Source: Rozella allomycis CSF55
Lineage: Eukaryota
Assembly (NCBI GenBank): GCA_000442015.1
Contig: KE561200.1
Coordinates: forward strand, 1-64,000
Direction: 5' to 3'
DNA: 64,000 nt
Below the pieces are notes generated by a model. It worked only from the letters and a program-made list of their open reading frames with translations. It was not told the origin of the DNA and did not search any database. The first letter of the stretch is position 1; each line of letters begins with the position of its first letter. Of this stretch, positions 11,855 through 23,708 are shown piece by piece. The translations under genes and the position numbers were made by a program.

Positions 11855-13095
11855 TAGTGACCGATTTACACAAATAGCGCCAACCCACTACCTATTAATA
11901 GATATGACAAGCCACAATTTAAAAATAGATCTGACATTAATAGGCGCAAAACTTGCCAAAATTAAAGTCAAATTATTTCCAAACTCTAAAATTGCGAATT
12001 TATCACAAAAGTTATCATGAATAAAGAAAAACCGGCATGGAAAAACTTTGCCCTTAACAGGATGACAAAACTTTGCAATCAAAAATTTACTTTCACTAAA
12101 ATTTATAATTCGAGTAAATATTCCAAAAAAAATTCGTCCGGAATCTTCTACTTGCCACATTTGTAACAAGATGTCTGTTCCTTTGCAGAAATAATTCATT
12201 TTCACTCATTGAGGCATCATCAATAGATTCATAGTCTGCTGATCGTTTTTCAAAGCTATTTATTCTTGAACTATTTCCAATAGCCAACATATCAACTTCT
12301 CTATCACTAATGAAATAGAACTCAGTCGGGAACTTGAACCTGCATCACTGATATAATCTTCATACTCATCAATTTCAAGTCTATCCTCTGCTATTTTCTG
12401 AAGTGGCGACGGCAAACGCCCAAATATCATTTCTTTTAATTCTTTGGCGCGATTAAACATATATTCAATACTATTATTATCCTTTTTCACATAAACTTGG
12501 CGTCAGTACATTTGGATGATGTCGACGATACAAGGGGACACATATTAAGTTCAGGATTACTCTCGTTTCTATTCTCTTCATCCTCTTTTATGCATTCACA
12601 TTAAACTTGATTAATAGTATGTCGCTGCAACATGTTTCACAGGATTTTCAGTCTCATCCTCCGCACTAGGTTAGTTCCCATTGAATTGAAAGGCTCGCCC
12701 GACCAGCGAAAAGTGCATGTGGGCGCCATTTTAGGTGTCATTGGTCCCGCGTACTTTTTGTCTTCATTCGAAAAGTTTAGCCAATCGTATTCTTCAAGAA
12801 CAATTTTAAAGCAGCCTGAAATAGGGCCATTCACGTTAGAAGGTACACTTGGGGTGGGCTTTGAAGACATGATTTTGGCGCGAAGAAATTTATATAAACA
12901 AATGGAATCCATGAGATTTATTAACCAACAAACAAAAATGAATAAGACGGAAACAGTAATTTGGATGAAAAATAATGAGCTTGAATATGACGATGAAAAT
13001 TTTAATTTGGAGTATGAATTAAGTGCTACTGAAATTTCTTTAGTAGAGACAACACGTCCTTTACGAATTTGGCTTTAGTTGAATTAATATATTTA
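11855..13095. pseudogene. Mosaic of gene fragments: three pieces of the C2CD3-like gene plus the 3' end of an F-box-LamG gene
   Basis: About 11855-12045 (+) matches about 33480-33712; 12195-12668 (-) matches about 32580-33068; 12669-12950 (-) matches about 31585-31855; 12955-13095 (+) encodes LVETTRPLRIWL*, versus LVKTTRPLEIWL* at 10065. Confidence 0.85.
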
Positions 13096-13117
13096 TTATT
13101 AAATAATTCTATCAATG

Positions 13118-14496
13118 TTATTTATTTTTATTGGTGCTTAGTGCATTCCTGATTCTAATTCGATTTCTATATAATACATATAGATAACCCAAAAGACAAA
13201 TGATGAAAACACCTATAGTGAACCATCTAAACCAATTTATCAATGGTCTATTAAGTCTCGGATCATCGCCCTTTTCATTGAAGTTAAAATTCGGCGAGGT
13301 TTGAATATTTGTATTCACAATTGATGGTACGTCTAATCCATTGTAATCATAGTTCGTTTGTTTAACACCTTTTACGTTAGGAGTAATGTTTATTAATCGT
13401 TTGGTGGTTCCGTAAAGACCAGTCTCGCTAATCAAGTCGGTTTTTGCCGCTAAAATAATTTCTTCTTTGATTTGAAATGAATTAAGGTTGTTATCCGCCT
13501 GTAAAAGACATGCGGCAACCCCTGCCACAAGGGCGGCGCTGGCAGAGGTTCCATGAACGTACATGTACTTGTTATATTCGCTAATATCGAATTTCGCTGC
13601 TAATAATTGACTTCCTGGAGCAAATACAGTCACACAAGGTCCCCAATTCGAAAATGACGCTCTTCCATTACTCTTTGTTGATGCTGCCACTGTGATAACT
13701 CCAGGAACTTTATTTCCAGAATACAAACATGCGTCATCATTTTCGTTTCCTGCACTAGTTACTACAACAATTCCATTCGATATCGCATCTTCAAATGCCT
13801 TTTCTACAATAAGACTTTTTGAAGTGGACATTGATATGAGCATTATGGCAGGTTTCCGGTGATTCTGAATTACCCAAGAGATTCCCTGCAGGAGAGTTTT
13901 TACTGTAGCCTTTTCTTCTCTTTTGCAGCCAGCTATGGGTACCGATATCCCAATTGCATCCTTGGCAGGTCCAATTACTTTCCGAGTGCTAAAGAGGCAA
14001 TTGCTGTTCCATGCGAATTACACATACCGAGGCTTGATGAAGCAGCGAAATTCGCCTCTTCACTCATTCTTCCTTGATACTCTTGATGGTTTTGTTGAAT
14101 TGGTGTATCTAAAATATAGACTTTGACTCCATTCCCAGTATGTGCAAATTTAAATGATCCAGTATCTTTGTTTCCTTCTATGCGATCTAGATGCCATGGG
14201 GCCGGTTTCTCCTCGTAATAGTAGACGTCATGTTGTATTAACTCTGAATCGGGTTCTATGTGGTTTATATACGCTTGATTTTCTAATAATTTCATATCAT
14301 TAGATGAATTCAGTGTTATATAAAGGGTGTTAAACGGTAAGCCGATTAATTCTTGAACATTGGCAATTGCACTCAATTTTTCTATAGCCGCTTCCGTGCT
14401 ATACTCCATATTCAAAATCGCGATATAAGATGCCTGAATTTTGCAGTATATTAATGACGCTAATAGATTGGGTATCAAAAGAACCAATTTCATCAT
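13118..14496 (-). CDS. Subtilisin S8 (proteinase K-like) protease with signal peptide, I9-like propeptide and C-terminal TM helix; apparent frameshift near 13979
   Basis: PWHLDRI, GNGVKVYILDT (Asp), HGTAIAS (His), SAGNENDDAC (oxyanion Asn), RASFSNWGPCV, HGTSASA (Ser); TM WFTIGVFIICLLGYLYVLY. Confidence 0.85.
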
Positions 14497-14517
14497 TTCC
14501 CGAATTTCGTAAATCCA

Positions 14518-17500
14518 ATGGAAAAGATTGAAGAACTTTTGTTGTTGATTTATTCTCCGAATTGTACGAACCAGCAGAGATTAAGTGCACAGAAAGTAAT
14601 TTAAAGTATATGAAGAGATAGACTTTGGAAGAGTACAAAAGCTCACCGAATCTAGAAATTCTATCAAAGCTTTTGGGTCCAGAAAAAGATGAAAGAGTGT
14701 ACATGTTTGGATGGAACTGTTTGTTGGATGTTTTAAAACACCAGTGGAGCAATGTAGATCAGAATACACGAGAGTCAATTTTGAGTGTGGTGCAACAGCA
14801 GGTTGAAAAAGTAAAACAGAAATAGGAATGTTAAAAGGTGAATGAAAATTCTGCTTCTAGCTATAAAGAGAAGGTACTTTATTTGTAAGAGATGTAAAGG
14901 TTGGCCAAGTGTCTGCTGAATTATTGTTGCGTGTTCCAATGATACAAGAATGGCTGCAGTCATTGTTTTCTTCAAATGTAAACTATTTATTTAAAATTTA
15001 ACTGATGGGACATGCAGAGGTTGGATTTGTGATAATGAGGAATTTGGCTGACATTGTTTTTGATCCCGAGGCTCATTTTGATGAACAATCGAAATCAGAA
15101 TATAAATCAATTGTGATGAAAATATGTTCAACTTTTGTTCCATTTGTTATAAGTTGTTTCGAGCGTATTTTGAACGGACAGAGAGTGTCAATGTCGAATG
15201 CATTCAACAAAAATTTGATGCTTTGCTTGTGTTCGCTTGTTGAGCACGTTACGTTAAAGTAAGTTTTGATTTAGCTGATGAAAGTATTTTTGACGATGAA
15301 AGATTTATTCCTTTAATTTGCAATTCGATTGTTTTGTTCAACAAGAATGAATCGTTGCTTTCTTGTGATATTTTAATTGTTTTATTTAACAGGAGCATTA
15401 AATATGAAGAAAGGGATGTTATTGTTCCCTTCTTTTCTACATTTTGTTTAGAAAAATTAATGCTTTTTGTTCAAAAGACTTATTTAGATTTAGAATTCTA
15501 TCAAATCTTGACTAAAATCACTCAAGTAAGGATTAAACTTTGCAGGGGTGTAGTTTATTGTTTCGATTGGGGAAAGGCACATTTCAAACAAAAAGCATCC
15601 ATTTATTCCACCAAATTTTAACATCTATTTAAACTTTTTGAAATTACTAACTGAGCATCCAAGTATTGTAATAAGCAGTAGCACTTTACAACTCTGGATT
15701 GAAATTTTAAAGAATAATTTTTTCAGAGTTGAAATTGATCCATTTTTGGGTGATGTAATTAGAATAGCTTCATCAAATATCTTAAAAGGGGCGAACGATT
15801 TGAGCCCTGAAATGAAAATGTTTGCCAAGGCTGACTTTGAGCTTGATTCTGAATACCAAAGTTTCATTGCATTGTATAGAGGGAGAATGCACGAATGGTT
15901 AAAGCATGTGGCTGTGCTGAAAGTAAAATATGGATTTAACATTTATAGCCATTTGAATCTCTAGAGTTCATTACAAGAAATTTGACCAATTTAATTCCAC
16001 AAATAAACGCATTACAGACCCTGGTCAATGCAAAGACGCCAATTTTGATTCAATTGGAATCTTCAGTTAAAATATTAGATTGTATTTTAATTGGCATTAA
16101 TAATTCGTCTATTGATCAAAGTGGATTATTAGCAGTCTATGAAAGAATATTTAATGTGGCCATGAGTATTCAATCGAACGATCCCCTAATTCTCTCGCAT
16201 CAATTGAGTTGTTTGTCGCTTCCAGTGGCACTTTTTAAGTATAAGCCAGAATTTGTGGCAACTTTTACACAAAAAGTAAATATTTTAACGTCGTCTTAAA
16301 AGATTATTCCATACGCATCCGCCAACTTGGGCTCATGTGGCAAGGATGGTATCATTTTAAGAAGAAAAGCCACTGGATTACTTTTAAAACTTTCAGATCA
16401 AATTCCGCAATCTTTTCTAGTAAATTTCATTATTTGTTTTAAAAGCCATACTCTAATGATTTTTTGGGTCTTTTAACTCAATTTATGCAGTCAGGAAAAG
16501 AATTTTCACATCAAAAAGGAAATTTATTTGAAGTTTGTCTTGCGATTGGAAGCAATTTAATGACTACTGAAAAGGAAAATGGATTGAAATACATTGAACA
16601 ATGTTTGACACTTATTTTTAATCAATTGAATGATCCTTCATTTCAAAACACATTTGAGAATTTAGATTCTTTCAAATCCCTGACTGGATTAGCCTATCTT
16701 GGTAAAAAGGATTTACCCTTGCAACAAATCGAACAATTTGCTAATTATAGAAAACATTTATCGCTTTTGACTTTAATGACTTTGGCGTACTTCAAAAAAG
16801 AAATTTCAATTGATTCTTTTACCCATTTGTCTATTAAATTTCACCTGGTTTTATTGAGAACGCTTCATACTCTCCTCTTGCAAAATAACTTTTTAGATTC
16901 TTCTAAATCTTCAAGTTTAACCAGTTTAGACTTTGAAGTTGATGATAAATCATGGGCTTCAATCGGAGACCAAGTCTTGCGCCAATGGGTTACAACTTTG
17001 TTATCCCAACTTTATTCAAGTGTTGGTTTGATGACAAAGCAAAACATTTTCTATTCTGAATTTCCATTATTTGCTTCTTCTCTTGTTCAATTCTTGCCAA
17101 ATTTAAGCTTTTCAAACATTAAACTCATCATTGGATATTCTACAATCCCATTCGTAGAGAATGTTAAACCTGAATTCTACAATCATCTAAAAGATTTTAT
17201 TTTGGAATTATTAAAATCATTATCGCCGCGTTTCAACAACTATTGGTCTCGCGTTGCTGAAAATTTAGAATTTGGTGAACCGGACCAAGAAGACGAGTCA
17301 CCTGAAGATAGATTTACAAGAGATTCCAGTCGAAGCTTTCTTCAATGTTTATTTGATTTTTTATCAAAAGAAGATTTATTAATTTATTGCATTGAAAAAT
17401 GTCCAGTAAATTTTATTTGACAATATTNTTTTCTTCGTTTGTTCCATTCTTGCCAAATTTAAGCTTTTCAAACATTAAACTCATCATTGGATATTCTACA

Positions 17501-18334
17501 ATCCCATTCGTAGAGAATGTTAAAGCTGAATTCTACAATCATCTAAAAGATTTTATTTTGGAATTATTAAAATCATTATCACCGCGATTTAACAATTATT
17601 GGTCTCGCGTTGCTGAAAATTTAGAGTTTGGTGAACCGGACCAAGAAGACGAGTCACCTGAAGATAGATTTACAAGAGATTCCAGTCGAAGCTTTCTTCA
17701 ATGTTTATTTGATTTTTTATCAAAAGAAGATTTATTAATCTATTGCATTGAAAAATGTCCAGTAAACTTTATTTGACAATATTAATAGGTTTTCGGTCAT
17801 GAAATCCTTCTATTCTCCATTCAAGCATTAAACTGGAGAGACACAAATTGCTGCAGAAAAGCTTTAAATATTTTTCACAAATTTTCAACCTTTTCTTTAA
17901 ACCACGAATCATTTTACAAATTCATCGCATCGCAAGGTGTATCTGTTCTACTTAACGTTTTGAATACCGGTTACCAAAAGGAACTCTATCCAACAATCTT
18001 GACAATCATAACAGAAATTTACGCTTCATATTCCGAAAGAAAATTACATGAATTGCTCTGGGAAACATTTTCTCTTGTGCCAGGAATGTCTATTCAAAGG
18101 ATTAATGAAATGCACACACAGTTCAAAGAACAGAGAAAGCAAAAGAATGTAATGAAAACTTTTCTCAAAGATATTTGCGGAGTTGAATTATCGGAACAAT
18201 ACAAAATACGTGGAAAAGAGTTGTTGAAAATTCCATTCAAGTATCAGATTATCAATCCACCTGTGCAACAGCAAGAAGATGAACAGGAAGTTCAATTCAC
18301 TGCGGCAAGCTTGCAATCATTATTTGAAGATTAA
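14518..18334 (+). CDS. MSN5: Exportin-5/Msn5-like karyopherin (multi-exon; contains an assembly duplication at N17428)
   Basis: Importin-beta N-terminal-like start (QRLSAQK..LEEYK...MFGWNCLLDVLKHQW), HEAT-like helical repeats, MFAKADFE, C-terminal KQKNVMKTFLKDICGV and SLFED. Confidence 0.7.
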
Positions 18335-18940
18335 TAAATTATTTAGCTAATATCCAATGCGAATTATAATATGTTTAGTGTTTGCTAATGCAAGTACGAT
18401 TAAGATGTTTCTATATCATGCGCAATGAACAATCCTGTGACCTGTCAATTTTACATTTCATGACATTTCGCATAAACCGGCCTTGGTCATTAATTCTAAT
18501 TTGAAACTGTCACGTAATGTAGTGTTTTCTCCAATGTATATGTCACGACTGTCGACTTTAGAGCCTTTGACGTCTCTCTGTACTTGCATTTGTCATGACA
18601 TTGAATGGGGATAAGTAACTAGTAAGAGATCCATACCATATTCTTCGCACGCGACTCTTCGTTTATTTGCATCTCCTAATAGTCCTCTGCACGCTTTTGT
18701 CAACCCCAATTTTGCCATAAGGGACATATAGTATTATAGGGCGTCCTACAGGCGATAATTATATTTCTCTACAGCAGGACTATGGGATACGTCCTTAAAA
18801 GTTGTCCGAAATGCGGGCTTAAGTGTTGGCATAAGTTCGTTGCGGTCGTTCGTATTTTTTAAGCTGTTCGTTATTTGATAATGCAAATCTTTTTAAATAT
18901 GTCAACTTTACGATTTAAATATCACATCTGAAATTTTGTA

Positions 18941-21048
18941 ATGTTGCTGCAATTTACAAAGCGATACATGTCGACCTTTTCTATGCAACAAAAAATACCC
19001 AGACTCCCTATCCCAACATTAGAAGAAACTGCAAAACGTTACCTTTTATCCCTCCAGCCTTTACTTGGTCCAAACGACTACACAAGGGCAGAAAGCGCAG
19101 TCAATGACTTTATTAAACCGAATGGGTTTGGCCAATTGCTGCAAAATCGTCTTTATGAATATGACAAAGTACAAAAAGTAAGACATGCGTGGAATGTCAA
19201 TGGTAGTACTCTTGGCTGGAAGATATTTGGTTCAACAAGGCATATTTGGAATATAGAGAGCCGGTTCTTGTTAATGTTAATTGGTTTATGTTGATGAAAG
19301 ATTCTCCAATTGTCCCAGAATCATTGCTTGTGCAGAAAGGTAATAAATTCTTGAACGAGATGAATAGGAGAGGGTCAACCATTATGTGACATTCAATTGT
19401 ACAGGGCAGCATGTATAATACGATTTGCCTTGGAATACCATTTGAAAATTATAAAGTACGTTATAGATTTGCAATTTTTACAGANAGTACGTTATATATT
19501 TGCAATTTGTACAGAGAGGAAATCCCAGTGGACAAAATCAAAGACACTGTTCTCTGCATGAACCAATACAGAAATATGTTTGGAGTGACAAGAATCCCAA
19601 AAGAGAGCAGAGATGAAATTCTCTTCCCCTTTCCTTCCTCTTCAAAGACTGTTTGCATTTTGATTGAAGACCAAATTTATTCGTTGCAGGTGATTGGTGA
19701 CAATGGGATTTATTCAATTGGGGAGATCCTCAATGAGCTAAAAGCGTTAAAAGATGTTCACTTGAAGAGTACGAAATATGAGAGCGTTTGCGTGCTAACA
19801 GGAGAACATAGAGATGTTTGGACAAAAGCCTACAATATCTTAAGTAAATCTGAAATAAACAAGGAGTCGTTTAATAAAATAAATAACTCGCTGCTTTGTA
19901 TGAGTTTAGATCATGTCTCCCCTGGAAATGATCTTGATTTGTCTGCACGAATGGCATTTCATAGGTTGGATGGAAGAAATCGATGGTTCGACAAGGCTTT
20001 ATCGTTCTGTGTATTTTCAAATGGTAGAGCAGCTTTAAATGGTGAAGTAATTCAAAAAGTTTTATGTTTTAGCATTCTCCTTGTGATGCTGTAGTGCCGG
20101 GGTATATATTGGATTACATTGTTTCACAAGAATCAAAACTTGGCAATATTGAAGAAATAAAAACTGACCAAAATTATTTGTTTGATCATTTGAAATGGGA
20201 TGTGAATGATGGCGTGAGGCAAATGATTGAAAATGCTAAGGCAAACGTGTTGAAAACAATAAATGACCAGGACACCGTTGTCTTTTATTTCAAAGTTGGA
20301 TCACTAGCCTTAAAAGAGCGTAATTATTTCATTTTTTATTTATTAGTGAGATGCAGCCCTGATGGATTTGCTCAAATGGGAATGCAATTGGCTTTCTACA
20401 AAATGCATCAAAGATGTCCAGCTACTTATGAATCAGCTTCAACAAGACAATTTTTGCACGGGAGAACTGAATGGTAAATTTTTCTTATTGGTTTAATCAC
20501 AGTGTTCGCGTTTTAAGCAATGAATCTCTAAAATTTGTTCAGTCCATGCAAGATTTTAAGGAATCTGATTCGACTAAATTTGACAACTTTAAAGAAGCCT
20601 TAAAAAGCCATCTAAGATATAGTAATTTCATTATGATTGTAGAATTCAAGTGACTGATGCGACTCTTGGGCGTGGGGTTGATAGACACCTCTTAGGATTA
20701 AGAATGATGATGCAACCAGATGAATCACATCAAATGTTTAAAGTATCAAATTATTTTTAATTTCAAAAGGATCNGGATCCGTCGTTTGCCGCCAGTTGCA
20801 ACTTTGAATTGTCAACCAGCAACATGTCACCAGGAAATGCTCAACTGGCACTTGGCTTTGGCACAGTCACTGACACTGGCTACGGTATAAATTATGCAAT
20901 TGCAAAGGATTACATGAAATTCACCATCAGCAGCAAATATTCATGCCCAGAGACATCCTCATCGCAGTTTAGACAACTACTAGAGAATTCTCTCAAAGAA
21001 ATACATAGCTTGCTGGTTAAAAATTCTCAATCTACTGCCAAACTTTAA
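18941..21048 (+). CDS. CAT2: Carnitine O-acetyltransferase (Cat2-like)
   Basis: IPRLPIPTLEETAKRYL, LCMNQY, NRWFDKA, NGE|HSPCD (catalytic His across an intron), TYESASTRQFLHGRTE, GRGVDRHLLGL, LSTS; ends AKL. Confidence 0.9.
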
Positions 21049-21078
21049 TAAATATTTTTTCTGAATTTCTATTTCCCA

Positions 21079-21638
21079 ATGACAGTTCCCAATTTCAATC
21101 AAACTGATGAAAGTCTTATTTCAAAAGTCAAGACTAGGTAAAAGCAACCAAAAAATGTCTTAGCGCAATACATGTTAAAGAAACAATGCAATTATATGTT
21201 CAACGATACCCACCTCTCGCTGCTTTTCTGTTCGTTTTATTGCTGATTTCTTCACTACCAATAACAATTTATTTGGTGTTTTCTGTTACATCTGCTGCGA
21301 TTGTCTTATCAATTGCTTTGATAGGATTTGCACTAGTCGAAGGTTAGAATCAATTCAAAAAGTTATTTAGGCTTCTTGGTAGTCGTATCAGGAGGAATCC
21401 TGCTATTTATTCTTGCAAGTAAAATTAAATGTTTTTAATGTCTTAATAGGTATTTGTTTTATTTTCCATTGATAAAGTTATCACTGGCGTCACTACTTTC
21501 ATATTCTTTTGGATTACTCTGGCTTGGGCTGCATTAAAAGGAACAAGCGCGACAATTGGGAAAATTAATCTTCTTTTGTCGCATGCTTCTACAAAATTGG
21601 AACAAGTTAATCATATAAAACTGAGAAAAGATGAATAA
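21079..21638 (+). CDS. Promethin/LDAF1-like lipid droplet assembly factor (multi-exon, absent from the ORF track)
   Basis: Spliced reading gives QRYPPLAAFLFVLLLISSLPITIYLVFSVTSAAIVLSIALIGFALVEG, a long hydrophobic hairpin typical of promethin. Confidence 0.6.
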
Positions 21639-21705
21639 AGTACACAAAATAAACTATTTAATCATTTGCTTTCAATATGTCTTTACTTTAATTTATTCAT
21701 GTTAT

Positions 21706-22053
21706 TTATCCAGCAAAATGTATGGCGAAAGCAAACAATAATATTGAACAAAGAACATAATCTGCTACAGATCTTTCGGGTGTGATCTGTAAATCTTTAG
21801 ATCGTCCAATTGTGAAACGGAGATTAGCTATTTTGCATAATTTAAATTATTTACTGGCGAGTACAAAACATCCAACTGAAGTTCCAAACCCACTTAGAAA
21901 GGCATTGTATGGAAACGTTCCAACCAGCGCACAATATACAAACTGAATAATACCAGTCAAAACACAAAACAACAAATAACTATCAATAATTTTGAGCTTC
22001 CAAGGTGTATTCTGATAATATGACGCTTTAACTTGTTCAAACGCCAATGTCAT
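21706..22053 (-). CDS. OST2: Oligosaccharyltransferase subunit DAD1/Ost2
   Basis: [38 protein letters not shown]; second exon [17 protein letters not shown]. Confidence 0.95.
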
Positions 22054-22186
22054 ATTAGTTCAGAAATTTACGACATTTTATTCAGACGGGAGTTGGTAAA
22101 ATGTGGCATGAATCCTGACAGTAAGAGGCATTTTATGTTGTGGAATATGAGCCAAATTTAATTTTTTAGTTCGTCTACTAATGCAA

Positions 22187-22999
22187 TTACACTTTATTTA
22201 TTGTACCACTCTTTGCAGTATTTGATGCAAGAGGGTTATTACTAGATGCACCGGTTGGTTTGGCATTTGAAACGCTTCTGTTGTATACGTCCGTAAAGTT
22301 TTCCACAAATGCAACAGAATTATGAAAAATGATCAGGCAAGGTGTCAAATAGAAAGTACCTGATAAAGTTACCAATGCCACAATTCCGAAAATCCAGATA
22401 ACTTGCACTATAAAGTTTGAAATATTAATGGTTGTAATCAAATTAGAAATGCGTTGATTTTTGAATTGTTTTGCCTGCTGATACATTTTCAACGTGAAAA
22501 GAAAAGTTCCCAATATAATATTCTCCAGAACAAGACCAAGGGAAAGATAAGAAAAGGCACTTGAATATTTTGGTGGTAAAATAGGTGATACTATGCAATC
22601 GTTTACTCCAACAACCATCCAGATTATTGCAAAGATGCAGTTCAAAGCAACGGTTATCTTGGAATATCTTGACCTTTTGATTGGATCAATGATGACACTG
22701 AAATACTTCAATACTGATAACAACGTGTTCGCTGTAGCGGATAGAACACTTAAAGAAACTAGTCCGGAAAAGACGCCTCTGTTAGTAATAAGCGCTTCAT
22801 TCAATACTAAATGGAGAAATAAGAATGTATAGCACGAAAAGACAATGACAAACAGTAAAGCTATCCAGTGTCTATAGGATCTTACCTTGTACACAAACGT
22901 ATCGGTGTATACTCGATACAAAATGAATACAATATTGAAGCAAATGAACATTAGCCCCATTCCCAATAATATGTATATTTGCCCAGGTTGGTTTAGCAT
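22187..22999 (-). CDS. Orphan 7-transmembrane protein, copy B, intronless
   Basis: 270 aa, colinear with 8832-9644 (MLNQPGQIYILLGMGL...NKV). Confidence 0.75.
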   Translation of the reverse strand: MLNQPGQIYILLGMGLMFICFNIVFILYRVYTDTFVYKVRSYRHWIALLFVIVFSCYTFLFLHLVLNEALITNRGVFSGLVSLSVLSATANTLLSVLKYFSVIIDPIKRSRYSKITVALNCIFAIIWMVVGVNDCIVSPILPPKYSSAFSYLSLGLVLENIILGTFLFTLKMYQQAKQFKNQRISNLITTINISNFIVQVIWIFGIVALVTLSGTFYLTPCLIIFHNSVAFVENFTDVYNRSVSNAKPTGASSNNPLASNTAKSGTINKV

Positions 23000-23160
23000 T
23001 TTCGTTTGTCAGAGGTTCGGAATTTTTATGGACGGCCATTATAAAGGAAAATATATGATCTATTATTGGCATCAAAATAAAAAACGTTTTCGTGCCTAAT
23101 ATTACATCATCAAATGATTCCAGTCAAATATTTACGAAATTTCTCATCCAAAATTTGCAA

Positions 23161-23600
23161 ATGTTTTCCAACATTTTTAACAACAGTAATCAAATATTTC
23201 TTTCAGTAATAAAAGAATCTGATTTTACATTACTAAAAAGAACAGAAAATGTCGATGACAGCACAAAAGAAATGATAAATGCATGGGCAGCGAGCAGCAG
23301 CACAAATAAGAAGACAAGTGTCGAAACCATAACAGAATCAAAAGAAAAGTCAAAATCATCATTCTACTTTTTTTCACTGTACAAGTACTTTTATTTTCTA
23401 ACAGCAGACCAGCTAACATTTTGGAAGCGTTGAACAAGAAAAGCAATGATGCTGATAATAATGAGTGGGATAAGAAACGAAAAGAATTTACAAAAGATTG
23501 CAAAAATAGTCAAAGAATGATGCAAAGCCAGAAGAAACTAAAGGTTTGATAAAGTATAGATTTTTGACATTAATTTTGAGTCTGCAGAAAGAATAAAGCA
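23161..23600 (+). CDS. Small hypothetical protein (or 5' exons of CLASP)
   Basis: ATG 23161 after an AAATTT motif; short exons separated by GT..AG mini-introns; no family recognised. Confidence 0.3.
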
Positions 23601-23708
23601 TTTTTTAATGTTTTTGAATGTATTGAAGTATTATTAGCTGCTTATTTTATCATTTCTTTATCTTTTTAACTTGTTCTGTGTTTAGGGATCCCCAGCCACA
23701 TTGTAGAC

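Noticed and set aside
12632..13078. 148-aa ORF as a novel gene
   Set aside because: A chance fusion of antisense C2CD3-like sequence with an F-box gene tail.
17399..17785. Apparent tandem exon duplication in exportin-5
   Set aside because: It begins exactly at an N join and repeats the preceding 360 bp or so; an assembly overlap is more likely.
18570..18830. U6-like ACAGAGA (minus strand) and RNase P/MRP-like GGGCTTA
   Set aside because: Flanking conserved sequence and the P4 partner strand were not found.
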